Assembly (NCBI GenBank): GCA_946965045.2
Contig: OX337234.1
Span: forward strand, 2,852,001-2,916,000
DNA from: Epithemia pelagica
Lineage: Eukaryota; Protista; Bacillariophyta
Direction of reading: 5' to 3'
DNA length: 64,000 nucleotides
Positions within the stretch are counted from its first letter, which is position 1. The number at the start of each line of letters is the position of its first letter. The notes beneath the pieces are model-generated. The model was given only the letters and a program-made list of their open reading frames with translations, was not told the origin of the DNA and did no database searches. The position numbers were made by a program, and so were the translations under genes. Of this stretch, positions 42,336 to 53,695 are shown piece by piece.

Positions 42336-44207
42336 CTAGAACAGCGCCTTGGAGGAGAAAACCCTTTGTGCATTCGGATGCAGTTTGTTCAATGCGTAGT
42401 AGTACGAAACAAGATGCAAAGGACCATACAACGGATAAAAGGACGTTTTCAAGTCAAGAGGATGGAGCACATCACATCTTGGTGAATTTCTGGGCCGTTG
42501 ATTCATCGTCAAGGAATGGATGAAAGCTCTCTCAAGTTCACCTTTCCTCTCTCCATGCCAAGGAGCGCAATTTCGGTTCCCATCAACGAGGCATGACTGG
42601 AACACAAACCTTGTTATTTCACATGTGCTACCAATGCAATCGTCCATGGACAGGCACTAATAACTTCTGGTACTATCACAATACTTGTGGCTTTGGAAAA
42701 CACAAGAACGAAATGGGGGCCATTGGCGGTACGACGGATTCCTCGGCATGACTGGAACACAAACCTTTTTATTTCACATGTGCTACCAATGCGATCGTCC
42801 ATGAACACGTACAAAGTAACGTCACCCTTTGGTACTATATTACAATACATGTGGTGTTGGAAAACACAAGGTTGAAATGGGGGCCATTGACGGTGCGATG
42901 GATTCCGAGGCATTGGCAAACACAATGGTGCTGCTGATCGATTCCTCCGCATCGGCAAACTGGGATGCCGACGAAATGGAACGACTACTTGTGGCAAGTG
43001 CTGCCGGAGCCTGCGGTTCCGAAACAATGGTCATGGATTGCGATGCGGCAGTTGCCCTGTCCTGCGTGCCACTTGGAGGACGAGGCATTGGTTCCGAGAC
43101 AATGGTCATGGGTTCCGATGCGGGAGTTGCCCTGTCCTGCATGCCGCTTGGAGGACGATACATTGGTTCCGAGACAATGGTCATGGGTTCCGATGCGGGA
43201 GTTGCCCTGTCCTGCGTGCCACTTGGAGGAAGATGCATTGTCCTCAACTCGAGTTCCAGTTCCTTCCGTGGATCAGCATTGGGTTGTTCGAATCTAGGAT
43301 TTGGATCATGGTCTTCATTATGTTTGTCTGGAACCAGAGTGACTTGAAATCGAGCTCGTCCTCTCATGAATGTTTGCCATTCCGTGTCAGAACTACAACT
43401 ATTCTCCAAGGTCTCATTGTGCACCAGTACCCGTGGCGAATGACCATAGCCTTCCCCCGGTGTGGAAGTTCCCATGTCCTGCGTGCCACTTGGAGAACGT
43501 TGCATTGTCCTCAATTCGAGTTCCAGTTCCTTCCGTGGATCAGCTTGTGGTTGTTCGAATCTAGGATTGGGATCATGGTTTGCGTTATGTTTGTCTGGAA
43601 CCAGAGTAACTTGAAATCGAGCTCGTCCTCTCATGAATGTTTGCCATTCCGTGTAAGAATTACAAACATCCTCCAAGGTCTCATTGTGAACCAGTACCCG
43701 CGGCGAATGACCATAGCCTTCCCTGCTAAGGTATATATGGACCGTTTCAAAGGCTAGCTCATTCGGGTCTGGAAAGTATTTTTCGGCTATCCTTTCCCAT
43801 CCAAACCAATGGACGTCCATTTCAATCACTGTACCCGCATTCGGCTGGCTTGGAGTTGCCGCAACCCCGCTGGACCGTGGGCTGTTTGCTTCTCGTTTCT
43901 TTGACTCCTCCTGCAAGAATTGCTGTACGATTCGAATATTCTCCCGAGCGATTGTGCATTCCGGACATGTATCGACTATGTTCTGGTAGCAGAGGAGTGC
44001 TTGTTTCAATCGTCCTTGTTCTTGCAACCGTTCGGCTTTCACAAAAAGACTCTCAACCGTGAGATCCATGTTCCATTCGTTGGTGAGATACTCCATGTAT
44101 TGTACTTGAGACGAGGATTGGGAAAGTTGCAACACGGTAGTATGGACGGGGTCGATATATTGATTGATTGATTGATTTTTTCTGGCGCGAAAGGTGGAAG
44201 ATTTCAA
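42336..44207 (-). CDS. TPR-containing hypothetical protein with multiple internal duplications; 3' part frame-disrupted
   Basis: TPR-like LFVKAERLQEQGRLKQALLCYQNIV; 89-aa duplicated domain; three 25-aa repeats; further repeated segments in other frames at 42336-42910. Confidence 0.45.
43015..43240. repeat. 75-bp tandem repeat x3
   Basis: GGTTCCGA(A/G)ACAATGGTCATGG... starts at 43015, 43090 and 43165. Confidence 0.9.
43205..43723. repeat. 267-bp direct duplication
   Basis: CCTGCGTGCCACTTGGAG at 43211 and 43478; GAATGACCATAGCCTTCCC at 43438 and 43705. Confidence 0.9.
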
Positions 44208-44884
44208 CGATTGTACGTCTCACAAAGGCTGCATCGCCCCCAACCATGGCCCGCGCGCGGTAAAATTTCTACGGAAGGATGCATTGGTCAAGTCGAGTTC
44301 CGACTTTCATGTATGGACCCTGCCCAATGCAACGCTTTCCATGGAGAAACACCTTCGAATAGAGGTCGCTGCTAGAAAGTATGGTCTTTCTATTACACAC
44401 CGTCATGTTCACTGAAAAACCTGATTTCCATTCTGGCGTAACCAGCGGCAACAATGAATGTGAAAGGTTTCGATTGGTGACAAACACGCAGCCAATTTGG
44501 TAAGGACTATGCGTGGGGCTCTATGCTTGTGGTTCACAGATGGCGCCGTCTACGAGATGGGCACAGTTTCTCAACGAGAGGAGCATCACACGAAAGACAC
44601 CCGCAACAAGCAAACCCTGAAATGGTTACAGTAAGTCCAATTCATCAACACGACCATCAAACAACGGAGCACCCAGTCCAGTATCATCGGTCCATAATGA
44701 GTGCACCAACCGCCCGACGTGCTGACGCGGCTTTCCGACTCGGACAAGACTTACAGGTGAAAGCCTGAACAGGTGTACGTTCTGTTCACCGGAAACCCCC
44801 AGTTTCATTGGCCAACCAAAGGGCGCCGTAAATTATCTCAAAGTGGGTATTGACTGTTTGAAGCCTGTCACTTTCACCTTTACC

Positions 44885-47368
44885 ATGGCGGATTCTCAAT
44901 GGAAGAGCGGCGAGATTGCATCGCTGGAGGAACGACTTCGGGAAGCCATCCCTAGCGATGAATTGAACGGTATTATGGGAATGGTCCGAGATGCAGCCAA
45001 AGCTGCTGACCAACGACCCCCTCCCGTTTACTCCACGCATCTTCCGCCAGCGGCTTACGTAAGGGCCCACTATATTGCTGGGAAAGAATATAACACCCTC
45101 AAGGAAACAACTGGTAAATGCAAAGTCATTCGTCAAAGTATACGACCCAGCATGGAACATGGGCATACTCCCGATCCCGAAAGTTTGTCTCCTATTACTC
45201 TACAAGAAGTAGCCAAGAAAGTCAACTACATTCACAATGACCGTATTCTTTACTTAAAGACAACATACGATGCTGGAGTGGTAGTTGGCGCTTCTGTTCT
45301 TACTGAAGATGACAATGGGGACAATATCCTTCTTTCTCTCTATAACTTTCTTGCAGAAGGTGAGGACCCCAATGAAAGGCTAGGGCCCGGCACCTATCTT
45401 GCACTACTCGCACCCTATATGAAAAATCAACGAGACAACAGAGAACACGACTTAATGCTGCGTTGTGATAACCCACAATGTGTGATTCTGTACGATACCA
45501 AGGAAGAATGGCTAGCGGCTAAAACGGGGAAACCCGTTAAAGTTCGATCGCGTGAACCATCAAGGCTCAGGGCTCTTGGGAATGCGGCTTTTCGGGACAA
45601 ACTTCTATCGAAAGCATCACGGCTCTATTCAATGGCGTTAAAAAGTCCATCAATTTCACAGGAAGACAAAATTGCGTGTCTGGCAAACCGTGCTGAAGTT
45701 TCCCTTCGCCAAGGGTTCTGGGAAAGGGTTATTGAAGATTCAACCACAGTTCTTGAACTGGACCCTTCTCACATCAAGGCAACATTTCGGCTTGCCAAGG
45801 CGAAGCTCCGACTTGGACTGGCTTCGGATGCCCTATGTCTGGCGCTGACTCTGTCGTCTACAGCAACATGCATAAAGGATATCGATGATACCATAGCAGA
45901 TTGCGAACGCGTTGTGCACGAGCAGAGTACGGGAAAGTTTGATCTTGTCGAAATGCGGAAGGATGCATCGTCGACAAATGGCATGACAAACCCCGCCAAA
46001 TTGAAGTTTTACGGTGATTTCGCGGCTACTTCAGTCGTTGATTTTGGCGTGGAGATTAAAAGTGCGGTGTCTACCTCCAGCACGTATCGCGGTTGTCTGG
46101 CCAAAAAGAAGCTTCCCCAGGATTTTTTGATTTGTGCATCGAAAGCATTGGTTTGTATTCCACGTACTCCTCATAAAGATTCGTTTATGCTCCAGTACTC
46201 TACTACTGGCAGAAGAATTGAGGCCGAATCGGCAATTCAAGTTGTCAGTTGTATCGTACAAATGATTCACACCCGTCCTGATGTCGGGAAAAGGTTCTAT
46301 TCTCTTTCGGCAGGGAACAGGACGAAGGCATCCAGTGACAACTTTAACCCTGCCAAGGTGGATCTCGCCCTGATTCGTGACATTGTGTCAACAAATGCAT
46401 TTGGCATCGACGGGAGAACTTGGAACGAAGAACTATGGTGGATATGGGAAACGGAAAGGAAGAAAAGAGAAGGGCCTCTCAAATCCTTCGACTCCGATAC
46501 TCCAGAACAGGATATGGAGAATCATCATCGTTTCACTCGTGGCAACGGTATATGGCTGCGAGAGTTATTGTTCAATCATTCCTGCACCCCCAATTGCACC
46601 TGGGCAATAGTAGGAGATCACATGTTTATTCGCACGACACGGCCTGTTGAAGAGGGAGAAGAGCTTTGTATTTCCTATGTCGCACAAAACCAATCCTTCG
46701 ATGAGCGAACGAGACTCTTTGAAAGGTGGACAGGACCTGGCAACGGTTTTGAGTGCCGATGTCAATGGTGTTGCGCCATTCGTGCCGACGATAGGCTAAA
46801 GGATATCGAGTCTGAAGTTGCGGGAGCCCACAGAAAGGCTGAAGAGCTCTTCGCATCGGGACGAATGGGAATGAGAGAAGCTGCAGGAAGGGCACTTTCT
46901 AAAACCAAACGCCGGAAATACCTCGAGTACCTGGAAGCAACGTACCCCAAGGAGATTCAGCATTTGACAGGTCACATCCTGAATCTTTGGCAGGGGTACA
47001 GTTTGTCTGAATCTCCTGAGAGCAAACTGGCTGCTCTGACATCATTTCAAAAGGCTGCCGATATTGGCTTGGCTAGGAAAGGCAAAGGTATGGAAAGTGC
47101 CATGGACAGTTGGCGACTTGTATGGGCAGCCCTTATGTGCAATGATCAAACTCGCGCTCTGCAAAATCTTCGAGATATTTGGAAGGGGTGCCAATTTGAA
47201 AGCTTTATGCCCAAGAGTGATGCCCAGGAATGCTTCAGATTTTTTACGGTACGCCACGCATTGCCCTGGTGGTGGGATCCAAGAGTTCAGAGTGAACGCT
47301 ATGGCAAGGAATTTGCTGTCTTTTCGAAAATTCTTGTCCATCTTGCGACGCTTGTTTGCGAAGAATAG
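44885..47368 (+). CDS. TPR + SET domain protein (SMYD/SET-TPR-like lysine methyltransferase)
   Basis: TPR (ACLANRAEVSL...HIKATFRLAKA); SET motifs TNAFG, LFNHSCTPNC, GEELCISYV; post-SET FECRCQWC. Confidence 0.85.
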   Translation: MADSQWKSGEIASLEERLREAIPSDELNGIMGMVRDAAKAADQRPPPVYSTHLPPAAYVRAHYIAGKEYNTLKETTGKCKVIRQSIRPSMEHGHTPDPESLSPITLQEVAKKVNYIHNDRILYLKTTYDAGVVVGASVLTEDDNGDNILLSLYNFLAEGEDPNERLGPGTYLALLAPYMKNQRDNREHDLMLRCDNPQCVILYDTKEEWLAAKTGKPVKVRSREPSRLRALGNAAFRDKLLSKASRLYSMALKSPSISQEDKIACLANRAEVSLRQGFWERVIEDSTTVLELDPSHIKATFRLAKAKLRLGLASDALCLALTLSSTATCIKDIDDTIADCERVVHEQSTGKFDLVEMRKDASSTNGMTNPAKLKFYGDFAATSVVDFGVEIKSAVSTSSTYRGCLAKKKLPQDFLICASKALVCIPRTPHKDSFMLQYSTTGRRIEAESAIQVVSCIVQMIHTRPDVGKRFYSLSAGNRTKASSDNFNPAKVDLALIRDIVSTNAFGIDGRTWNEELWWIWETERKKREGPLKSFDSDTPEQDMENHHRFTRGNGIWLRELLFNHSCTPNCTWAIVGDHMFIRTTRPVEEGEELCISYVAQNQSFDERTRLFERWTGPGNGFECRCQWCCAIRADDRLKDIESEVAGAHRKAEELFASGRMGMREAAGRALSKTKRRKYLEYLEATYPKEIQHLTGHILNLWQGYSLSESPESKLAALTSFQKAADIGLARKGKGMESAMDSWRLVWAALMCNDQTRALQNLRDIWKGCQFESFMPKSDAQECFRFFTVRHALPWWWDPRVQSERYGKEFAVFSKILVHLATLVCEE

Positions 47369-47648
47369 GTTCTACAGAGTCAATGTAAAAGAATAGATGG
47401 ACCACTTGTAGTGAAAACGCATAACTCTGAATAACACTCAGCAGCACGGGGACAGTTGCGTCGGTTTCTTCCATTTCCCGAATATGTTTTTACAAAGATG
47501 CACTTTTAAGCAACATGTGTAACATGGGGCATTGTATTGACGGGTTCATCATTCGGTAGCAGTACTGCCATACGACTAGGTTATGGGAAGGGGGGATTTT
47601 TTGACAAGAACATTGCTTGCTCGCAGCTTGTCAAATCCATTGCATGTT

Positions 47649-49016
47649 TCACACGTATTGATCGAGGGAGGCATATTCCGGAACAAAACGTTTCAAAGCC
47701 TTCCAGGCATCGTCGTCATAATACTCATTGGCATATTCGCTCGTTTCGACAAGGGCATGATTGCAATTCGAGTGCTGCAGAGAGGACTCTTGCGATTGAT
47801 CTTGGTTCTTTTTCTTTCTGGGTACAATATCGATGGGTCTTCCACGCCAACAAGCCTTGATAAACCATTCCTCGACCGACTTGAGCCAATAATGATGAAC
47901 CGCGGCCACTTGACTGGATTGACTACGTACGTCATTGGTGGTATTGAACTTCTGGTTCAAATCGTGGCCGAGAATATTGTGTTGCGTGATTGCCTGATTT
48001 GGTAGCGTCCTAGTTTGTGACTTGTTCACTTTCATAAAATGAAGGTCCACCTTGGTAATATCTGATAGTTTACCAATGCTTTTGTAATGTTGATCTGGCA
48101 ATTGGAAGCGATACCGAAAGCGTTGCGCCAAGGGGAAGGGACGATATCTTGTTTCATAGGCATGGCCATACACATACCAATAGAGAGACAAGGCCCCTGA
48201 CTGACAGTGTTCCTCCAAAAGATCAACAACATGATCATGTTTGTACATAACCAACATTTCATCCGTATCGAAAACGCCCATCCAGGTGTGATTTCGTTCT
48301 TGACTTGTCTTCGTACACTGGCGATAGGCCGGAACTTGTTTCCTCATACCAGGAAAATGTGTCACTAGTACTCGTCCTCCTGTTTCCTGTTGTTTGTAGG
48401 TTGCCCAATCTTTCAAATTGAAATCTACCGAATTGTCGTAAATCAATATTTCGTCGAAGCCAACTCGCAAATGATAATCGACGTATTCATTCACGTACAA
48501 GTGTTCATTTTTTATAAACAAACACAGGGATGCTGTTCGTTTTGATTTGGTTTTTGGAGGAATGCGACGTTGTTGTCGAACGGGTCGAACGTGCATCAAG
48601 ACATTGCAAATTGATGGGAAGGATGACGACTGTGCTGTTGTACTGGTCGGTTCGTCACTGTATTCGTTGGCTTGCAAACATGGCAAATACATGTGTTCTG
48701 GGTGGGGAGTTGTCAGATTGCCTTCGTTCACATAGTCGAGCCAACTCTGCCGCTTTTTCTGACGAATATCAAGCACATCTTCGTTAGCGCCGAAAAATGT
48801 GGTTCCCAACATGGTCGTCAGGGAGGACGACGAGGTTGTAATGGAACTGTGAGCAGGAATCGATTGCAAACATAGCTGTGTCTGTAAGAGGAAAGACACT
48901 ACGCCGAACAAGAACAGTCCTATCAACCAAAACTCCATGGAAAACCTTCCCCTGGGGATTCCTGATCCTTTGAAGGATCCATGAGAAAAGAACGAGGTAC
49001 TTTTCATCTTCGGCAT
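47649..49016 (-). CDS. Glycosyltransferase family 92 / DUF23-like type II membrane protein
   Basis: N-terminal TM; LCLFIKNEHLYVNEYVDYHLRVGFDEILIYDNS, QVPAYRQC, WMGVFDTDEM and AAVHHY. Confidence 0.8.
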   Translation of the reverse strand: MPKMKSTSFFSHGSFKGSGIPRGRFSMEFWLIGLFLFGVVSFLLQTQLCLQSIPAHSSITTSSSSLTTMLGTTFFGANEDVLDIRQKKRQSWLDYVNEGNLTTPHPEHMYLPCLQANEYSDEPTSTTAQSSSFPSICNVLMHVRPVRQQRRIPPKTKSKRTASLCLFIKNEHLYVNEYVDYHLRVGFDEILIYDNSVDFNLKDWATYKQQETGGRVLVTHFPGMRKQVPAYRQCTKTSQERNHTWMGVFDTDEMLVMYKHDHVVDLLEEHCQSGALSLYWYVYGHAYETRYRPFPLAQRFRYRFQLPDQHYKSIGKLSDITKVDLHFMKVNKSQTRTLPNQAITQHNILGHDLNQKFNTTNDVRSQSSQVAAVHHYWLKSVEEWFIKACWRGRPIDIVPRKKKNQDQSQESSLQHSNCNHALVETSEYANEYYDDDAWKALKRFVPEYASLDQYV

Positions 49017-49349
49017 TGTTGGTTTTGGGAGTTCGTCATGTTGGAGTTTTAGTAGGAGTAGGTTTATCAGGGACTACTCTACCCATGGATTCCTTCTTGG
49101 AGCCTGGATGGAGTTCGGTGCATAGCATGAGATAATTGTGCACAAAACTCCATGGAAAACCTTCCCCTTAGCATTCCTGATCCTTTGAAGGATCCATGAG
49201 AAAAGAACGAGGTACTTTTCATCTTCGGCATTGTTGGTTTTGGGATTTCTTCATGTTGGAGTTTTAGTAGGAGTAGGAGTAGGTTTATCAGGGTCTGCTC
49301 TACCCATGGATTCCTTCTTGGAGCCTGGATGGAGGTCGGTGCATAGCAT
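48928..49349. repeat. 215-bp tandem duplication of the GT92 gene 5' end
   Basis: CAAAACTCCATGGAAAACCTTCCC...GTGCATAGCAT at 48928-49128 and 49143-49349. Confidence 0.9.
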
Positions 49350-50099
49350 CACCCCTAGCGGGGGTGGCTAAGAGGGTTTAATTTCGTGTAGCCACCCCCA
49401 TCTCTCTGGTGTCCGTGTCCGGTCTAGTCGGCGGGCATATCTCATTTTCACAACCACGATAACAACACGACAATCAAACTTTGTTGTTGCTGGTGACCTC
49501 CTATGATCACCCCATCATGATCCGACCATCGTGTGATTCATATTGGTACCATGGTAGTGCATTGTGAGCGGCACAGTGCATGAGGGTCACTCTAGGCAAG
49601 GATGAAAATAGTGGCCCAGCCTTATGGCACGACACGAGACCATGATGGCCCCAAAACCACATGGGAATAGAGGTCCTGCTGTCGATACACTCCGTTACTA
49701 CTGTTATGTATATTGTGTACCATTAGGTGTCGAAACAATGAATGATAAGAGCCATACATCCCTCGGAGATGCTTCGCTCGAAATGGTGAGGCGTTGCTTC
49801 CGTATGACAGTGCCACGAGGCATGGTGCCTGTGAACCAGCTCCACAATAGACTCAACCTTCATATTTTGGCAATGCAGATGTATCCTACGCTATTGGTTA
49901 GAGGCATATGACTCGCCCGACAGGTACCAAGTGTCAAAATAGGTGCACAACAACAGGTGCAACACCGAGGTCCGTGTTGTTATCGCGATGGATGGAATGA
50001 GATATGCCTGCCGACTAGAAACAGGTTATTTTTCTACCAGAGAGATGGGGGTGTTTCAACGAAATTACAACCTCAAAAACACCCCCGCTAGGAGGGGTG
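49350..50099. mobile_element. Non-autonomous DNA transposon with ~120-bp imperfect TIRs (MULE-like/MITE)
   Basis: TIR blocks: CCTAGCGGGGGTG 49354-49366/50080-50092; CACCCCCATCTCTCTGGT 49393-49410/50036-50053; TCTAGTCGGC(G/A)GGCATATCTCATT; CGATAACAACACG 49457-49469/49973-49985. Flanks GCATAGCAT / GAATAGCAT (8/9 TSD). Confidence 0.85.
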
Positions 50100-50615
50100 G
50101 AATAGCATGAGAAAATAGTGCAGAACTCCCCAGAGTTTCATTCATATTTTACACTGGATATTAATATTTATCATCCATATTTAACCGCTTGCGTTTCTAT
50201 GGAAAGTGGAAAAGTACCCGGAGACGCCGTGGGTTCGCAACAAGAAGATTTTGATGTGATGATGCAGTGGCGATATCAACAATCAACATCATACCGAGTG
50301 GTACCAGTGAAGGTTCCCTTTTATCCGTTTCCGTAAAGATTTCTCTTGTTGTAGTTGCGCTGGGAAAGTAGGGAAAGATACGGTGGTCCTCTGGTTGAAA
50401 GGCTGGTGCAAATGAGGTACGCGTGGTTCCTTCTTGTCCTTTACCCACTATCTATAGCCACTTGATGTCATTAATCACCTCGAGATACGTGTTCCTCACA
50501 TTTTGTTTTTACGAATCTCCTCTGTATCTCCGTTCCTTTTCCTTCCAATTTTTCCAGCCCAGAGAGTCTTTCATCGCCCACCGGGAACGATGCAGAGGGC
50601 GATGTCGTTCCTGCC

Positions 50616-51593
50616 GTGAATCTGACCAACACCACGTCACCAAACGAAGATGAACGTGAAGCAGCGACAGATGACCACCATCCGACGTTGTTACGTGCCA
50701 CTCCTTTAATGTGTTTTCATTGTTTCGAGGCGTTAATTCAAAATCTACGTTTATCCTTTCCTCAATTGTCCAATCACATGATTGCAAATCCTGTCACAAT
50801 GCAGAATACCAATGGGAAACCTCCTCCTTTTTGGAATGATTTACCCAATCAACGAACACAATGTCCCTTATTTGTCACGTGGGAGAAACAACAGCAACGT
50901 CGCTCCATGGCCGCCACTCGTTTCTTTTCTTCCATGTCCCATCCTCACCAAAAGCCTACGCCTCCTGGCACCTATGAACTGCGCGGATGCATTGGCTCCC
51001 TTTCACCCATGCCGGTTGCGACTGGTTTGACCAAATATGCGCTCATGAGTGGTCTTCGAGATCAACGATTTACTCCCATTCATCCATCGGAAGTTCCTCA
51101 TCTTCGGGTGGCTGTCTCGCTCTTGGTACAATACGAAGAATGTCAACATGTCTACGATTGGCAAGTTGGTACTCATGGAATTGTAATCAAGTTTTCCGTG
51201 GAAAAGCAGCCACATCAACATTCACTCGCGCCGTCCTTTCAGAGCAACAGCAATCTGCAACAACAATACTCGGCAACCTACCTCCCTGAAGTTGCCAAGG
51301 AACAAGGATGGGACCAAGCCACAGCAGTGGCCTCTTTGATACGCAAAGCAGGTTACACAAAGGATATCACTGAAGCCTTGCTACAAAGGATTCACTGCAC
51401 TAGATACCAATCCTCCAAATTAAAAATGACGTTTGAGGAATATTTACACATGAATGGGAGTATCCAACACCAGGAAAATCTTCCCACTCCATTTTCCTCC
51501 TCATCGACCACAACGTCAGCGGAACCAATAACGAGCTATGCGTACAAACCAGCTGCCCAACATTCCTCACACAACAACTGTAACATACTGTAA
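50616..51593 (+). CDS. AMMECR1: AMMECR1 domain protein
   Basis: CPLFVTW, LRGCIGS, DQRFTPI, VSLL, WQVGTHGI, ATYLPEVAKEQGW, LIRKAGY and RYQSSK. The first ATG is at 50709. Confidence 0.9.
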   Translation: MNLTNTTSPNEDEREAATDDHHPTLLRATPLMCFHCFEALIQNLRLSFPQLSNHMIANPVTMQNTNGKPPPFWNDLPNQRTQCPLFVTWEKQQQRRSMAATRFFSSMSHPHQKPTPPGTYELRGCIGSLSPMPVATGLTKYALMSGLRDQRFTPIHPSEVPHLRVAVSLLVQYEECQHVYDWQVGTHGIVIKFSVEKQPHQHSLAPSFQSNSNLQQQYSATYLPEVAKEQGWDQATAVASLIRKAGYTKDITEALLQRIHCTRYQSSKLKMTFEEYLHMNGSIQHQENLPTPFSSSSTTTSAEPITSYAYKPAAQHSSHNNCNIL

Positions 51594-51787
51594 TGCGCAA
51601 TTCAATTTTGAAACTGTTATCAAGAAGTTGTCAACCATGTTCTAGTTGCACGATGAAGCGTCTTTTGTGATTGTCCGCCTTATGTTGTTGATTTCGTGAC
51701 CCGAAACTCTAAAGGAGCAAAATAGACTTCTGATGTCCTACTCTTTTCGATCGACATGCATTTGATTGTGTTATCGCTTACGAGTTA

Positions 51788-53695
51788 CTATTGCGATTCA
51801 AGCAGTGATGTGGCAATTACCCGGCATTGTTCTGCAAACTCTTCGTGCGCCACTGCGTCAAGTTCTTCCTCCTTATGGATCCTTTTTTGCACAGAACGGA
51901 TTGCTTCCACACCAGTAGTAGCTTGGTCTTCTCCCTCCTCGGACAATTCTTCGGTAAAGTCAAACAAGATTTGATACGCCACTTCCACCAAACTCACTTC
52001 CCCCTTCCCTGCACATGTGATCATATCGGTTAACAGAACTCGTTTTTGTCGCGGGGAAATGGCCCCCATTGCATGTAACTTTCGGAGTGTTGCCACACAG
52101 GATTGTCGAATTTCAAGCGCTTGCTCATGAGCAGATGCCTCATCGTCTTCCCCACGTTCATCCACTTCATCAAACTCATCCATCATCTCTTGCGCGAAAT
52201 CCCCAAAATCGAACGCGTTGCTATTGTTCTGGTTACCATTTTTCGACAAAGATGACTTATCAATTCGTATAATAGCTTTTCCAAAGGCATTGCCCGGGCC
52301 CCCACCCCCAGCAAGACCCCCAAGACCAGATGCGGGCCCGAAAATGTCAATGGATCGTACGTTGTTGGGAGGCTTTTTGAATTTCCCATTCTTACCATCG
52401 CCTTCTCCAATGAGGGGACCGAAATTCTGGATCCCCAGTATACCATCGACTGCATGAGGGTCGTCACTCTCTTCTTCATCTACATCGTGCTCATTATTAA
52501 AGTAATCCTCCTCCTGCGCGTCTAAACCCAAGCCACCCAAAAGCTGCTCGCCGATCCAGTGCTGAAAGGCTGCTTCCTCATTGATGGGTTGTTTGCCTCC
52601 ACCTTGAGACGGGTTATTGTTCTTGCTGCTGCGTCTGGATCCACTCACACCACCTCCTCTACCACGTACAGCCAGGGCTTGTTTGGCAGCATCCGAATCG
52701 GAATGCCATGACGCATGATGATAGGTCAAGAACCATTTCCCTTGACATTTGCGAAAAATGTTGGTAGCCACCAACTTGTTGACGACTTCCGTTTCCCTAC
52801 GTTTACCTCGGATGAAGCGTCTGGCATAGACATGTTCATCGCAAGTTAGAACGGCTGTCGTAGCCCCCTTGACGCTCAGATGAATATTGTGTGGCTCCAT
52901 CCAAGATTTCTGAAAGGCGCCGTTCGACGATTCAAACATGCGTTTCCACGAGTGCAAGATAGCCTTGCTACCCACCAAGGCTTGTTGCGAAGGATGTATA
53001 CACACGGCTGTTCCATCTTTCAGCCACAGTGCTTGCATATCGGCGTACTGCTTTGTCGAGAAGGCTCGGTAGTAGTTTGCATTCACCTGTAAGACGGCTC
53101 CGCAATCGTCAATGTGCATTTTTGAGATCTCTTCCTCCGCTGCTGCAGCAGTTACAAAGTCCTGTCGCATCACTGCCTTTTCCACTTCGTCTTCCAATTG
53201 CATGACCCGTTCTTCGGCACGCACATCGACAGGCCTGAGAAATTGAGTGGGCGGGGAAGGTGGAGCGATACTTGTCACTTTTTTCATTTCAGTTTCAATA
53301 TCGAAAGGAGGATCAGGTCCACTTAAGAGAAGTTCGATTTTGTTACGAACGTTTAATATTCGTTTTTGTCGCTCGTCATCATAGGCAGCCGTCATGTTTT
53401 TGCCATCGCCATCAGAAGGCCACACGCTGCTGAAATCATCGCTCTTCTGCATTTCGTCACTTCCGTCTTCTGATGACAGAAAATCATTTCGGTCTCCCTT
53501 ACTGGAACGTAACCCCCACGGAGAAACTTGCTGTGTCTCATACTTTTGGCGCGGGGAAGAGAGGGCTTGGCGGAGAGGTACGGAGGATATTCTTGCGACG
53601 TTCCATGCCAGTACATTAGCAGAATGGAGGAAAAGGAAAGCAAGACAAGATGTCGCCACGAGACGCTCTGACGAACGACGTGGAATCGATTTCAT
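51788..53695 (-). CDS. UVR + SnoaL-like (NTF2 fold) domain protein, probably plastid-targeted
   Basis: Signal peptide + AW motif; UVR-like LEDEVEKAVMRQDFVTAA; SnoaL VLQVNANYYRAF...CIHP...ILHSW...ATNIFRKCQGKWFLTYHHAS. Confidence 0.7.
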   Translation of the reverse strand: MKSIPRRSSERLVATSCLAFLFLHSANVLAWNVARISSVPLRQALSSPRQKYETQQVSPWGLRSSKGDRNDFLSSEDGSDEMQKSDDFSSVWPSDGDGKNMTAAYDDERQKRILNVRNKIELLLSGPDPPFDIETEMKKVTSIAPPSPPTQFLRPVDVRAEERVMQLEDEVEKAVMRQDFVTAAAAEEEISKMHIDDCGAVLQVNANYYRAFSTKQYADMQALWLKDGTAVCIHPSQQALVGSKAILHSWKRMFESSNGAFQKSWMEPHNIHLSVKGATTAVLTCDEHVYARRFIRGKRRETEVVNKLVATNIFRKCQGKWFLTYHHASWHSDSDAAKQALAVRGRGGGVSGSRRSSKNNNPSQGGGKQPINEEAAFQHWIGEQLLGGLGLDAQEEDYFNNEHDVDEEESDDPHAVDGILGIQNFGPLIGEGDGKNGKFKKPPNNVRSIDIFGPASGLGGLAGGGGPGNAFGKAIIRIDKSSLSKNGNQNNSNAFDFGDFAQEMMDEFDEVDERGEDDEASAHEQALEIRQSCVATLRKLHAMGAISPRQKRVLLTDMITCAGKGEVSLVEVAYQILFDFTEELSEEGEDQATTGVEAIRSVQKRIHKEEELDAVAHEEFAEQCRVIATSLLESQ

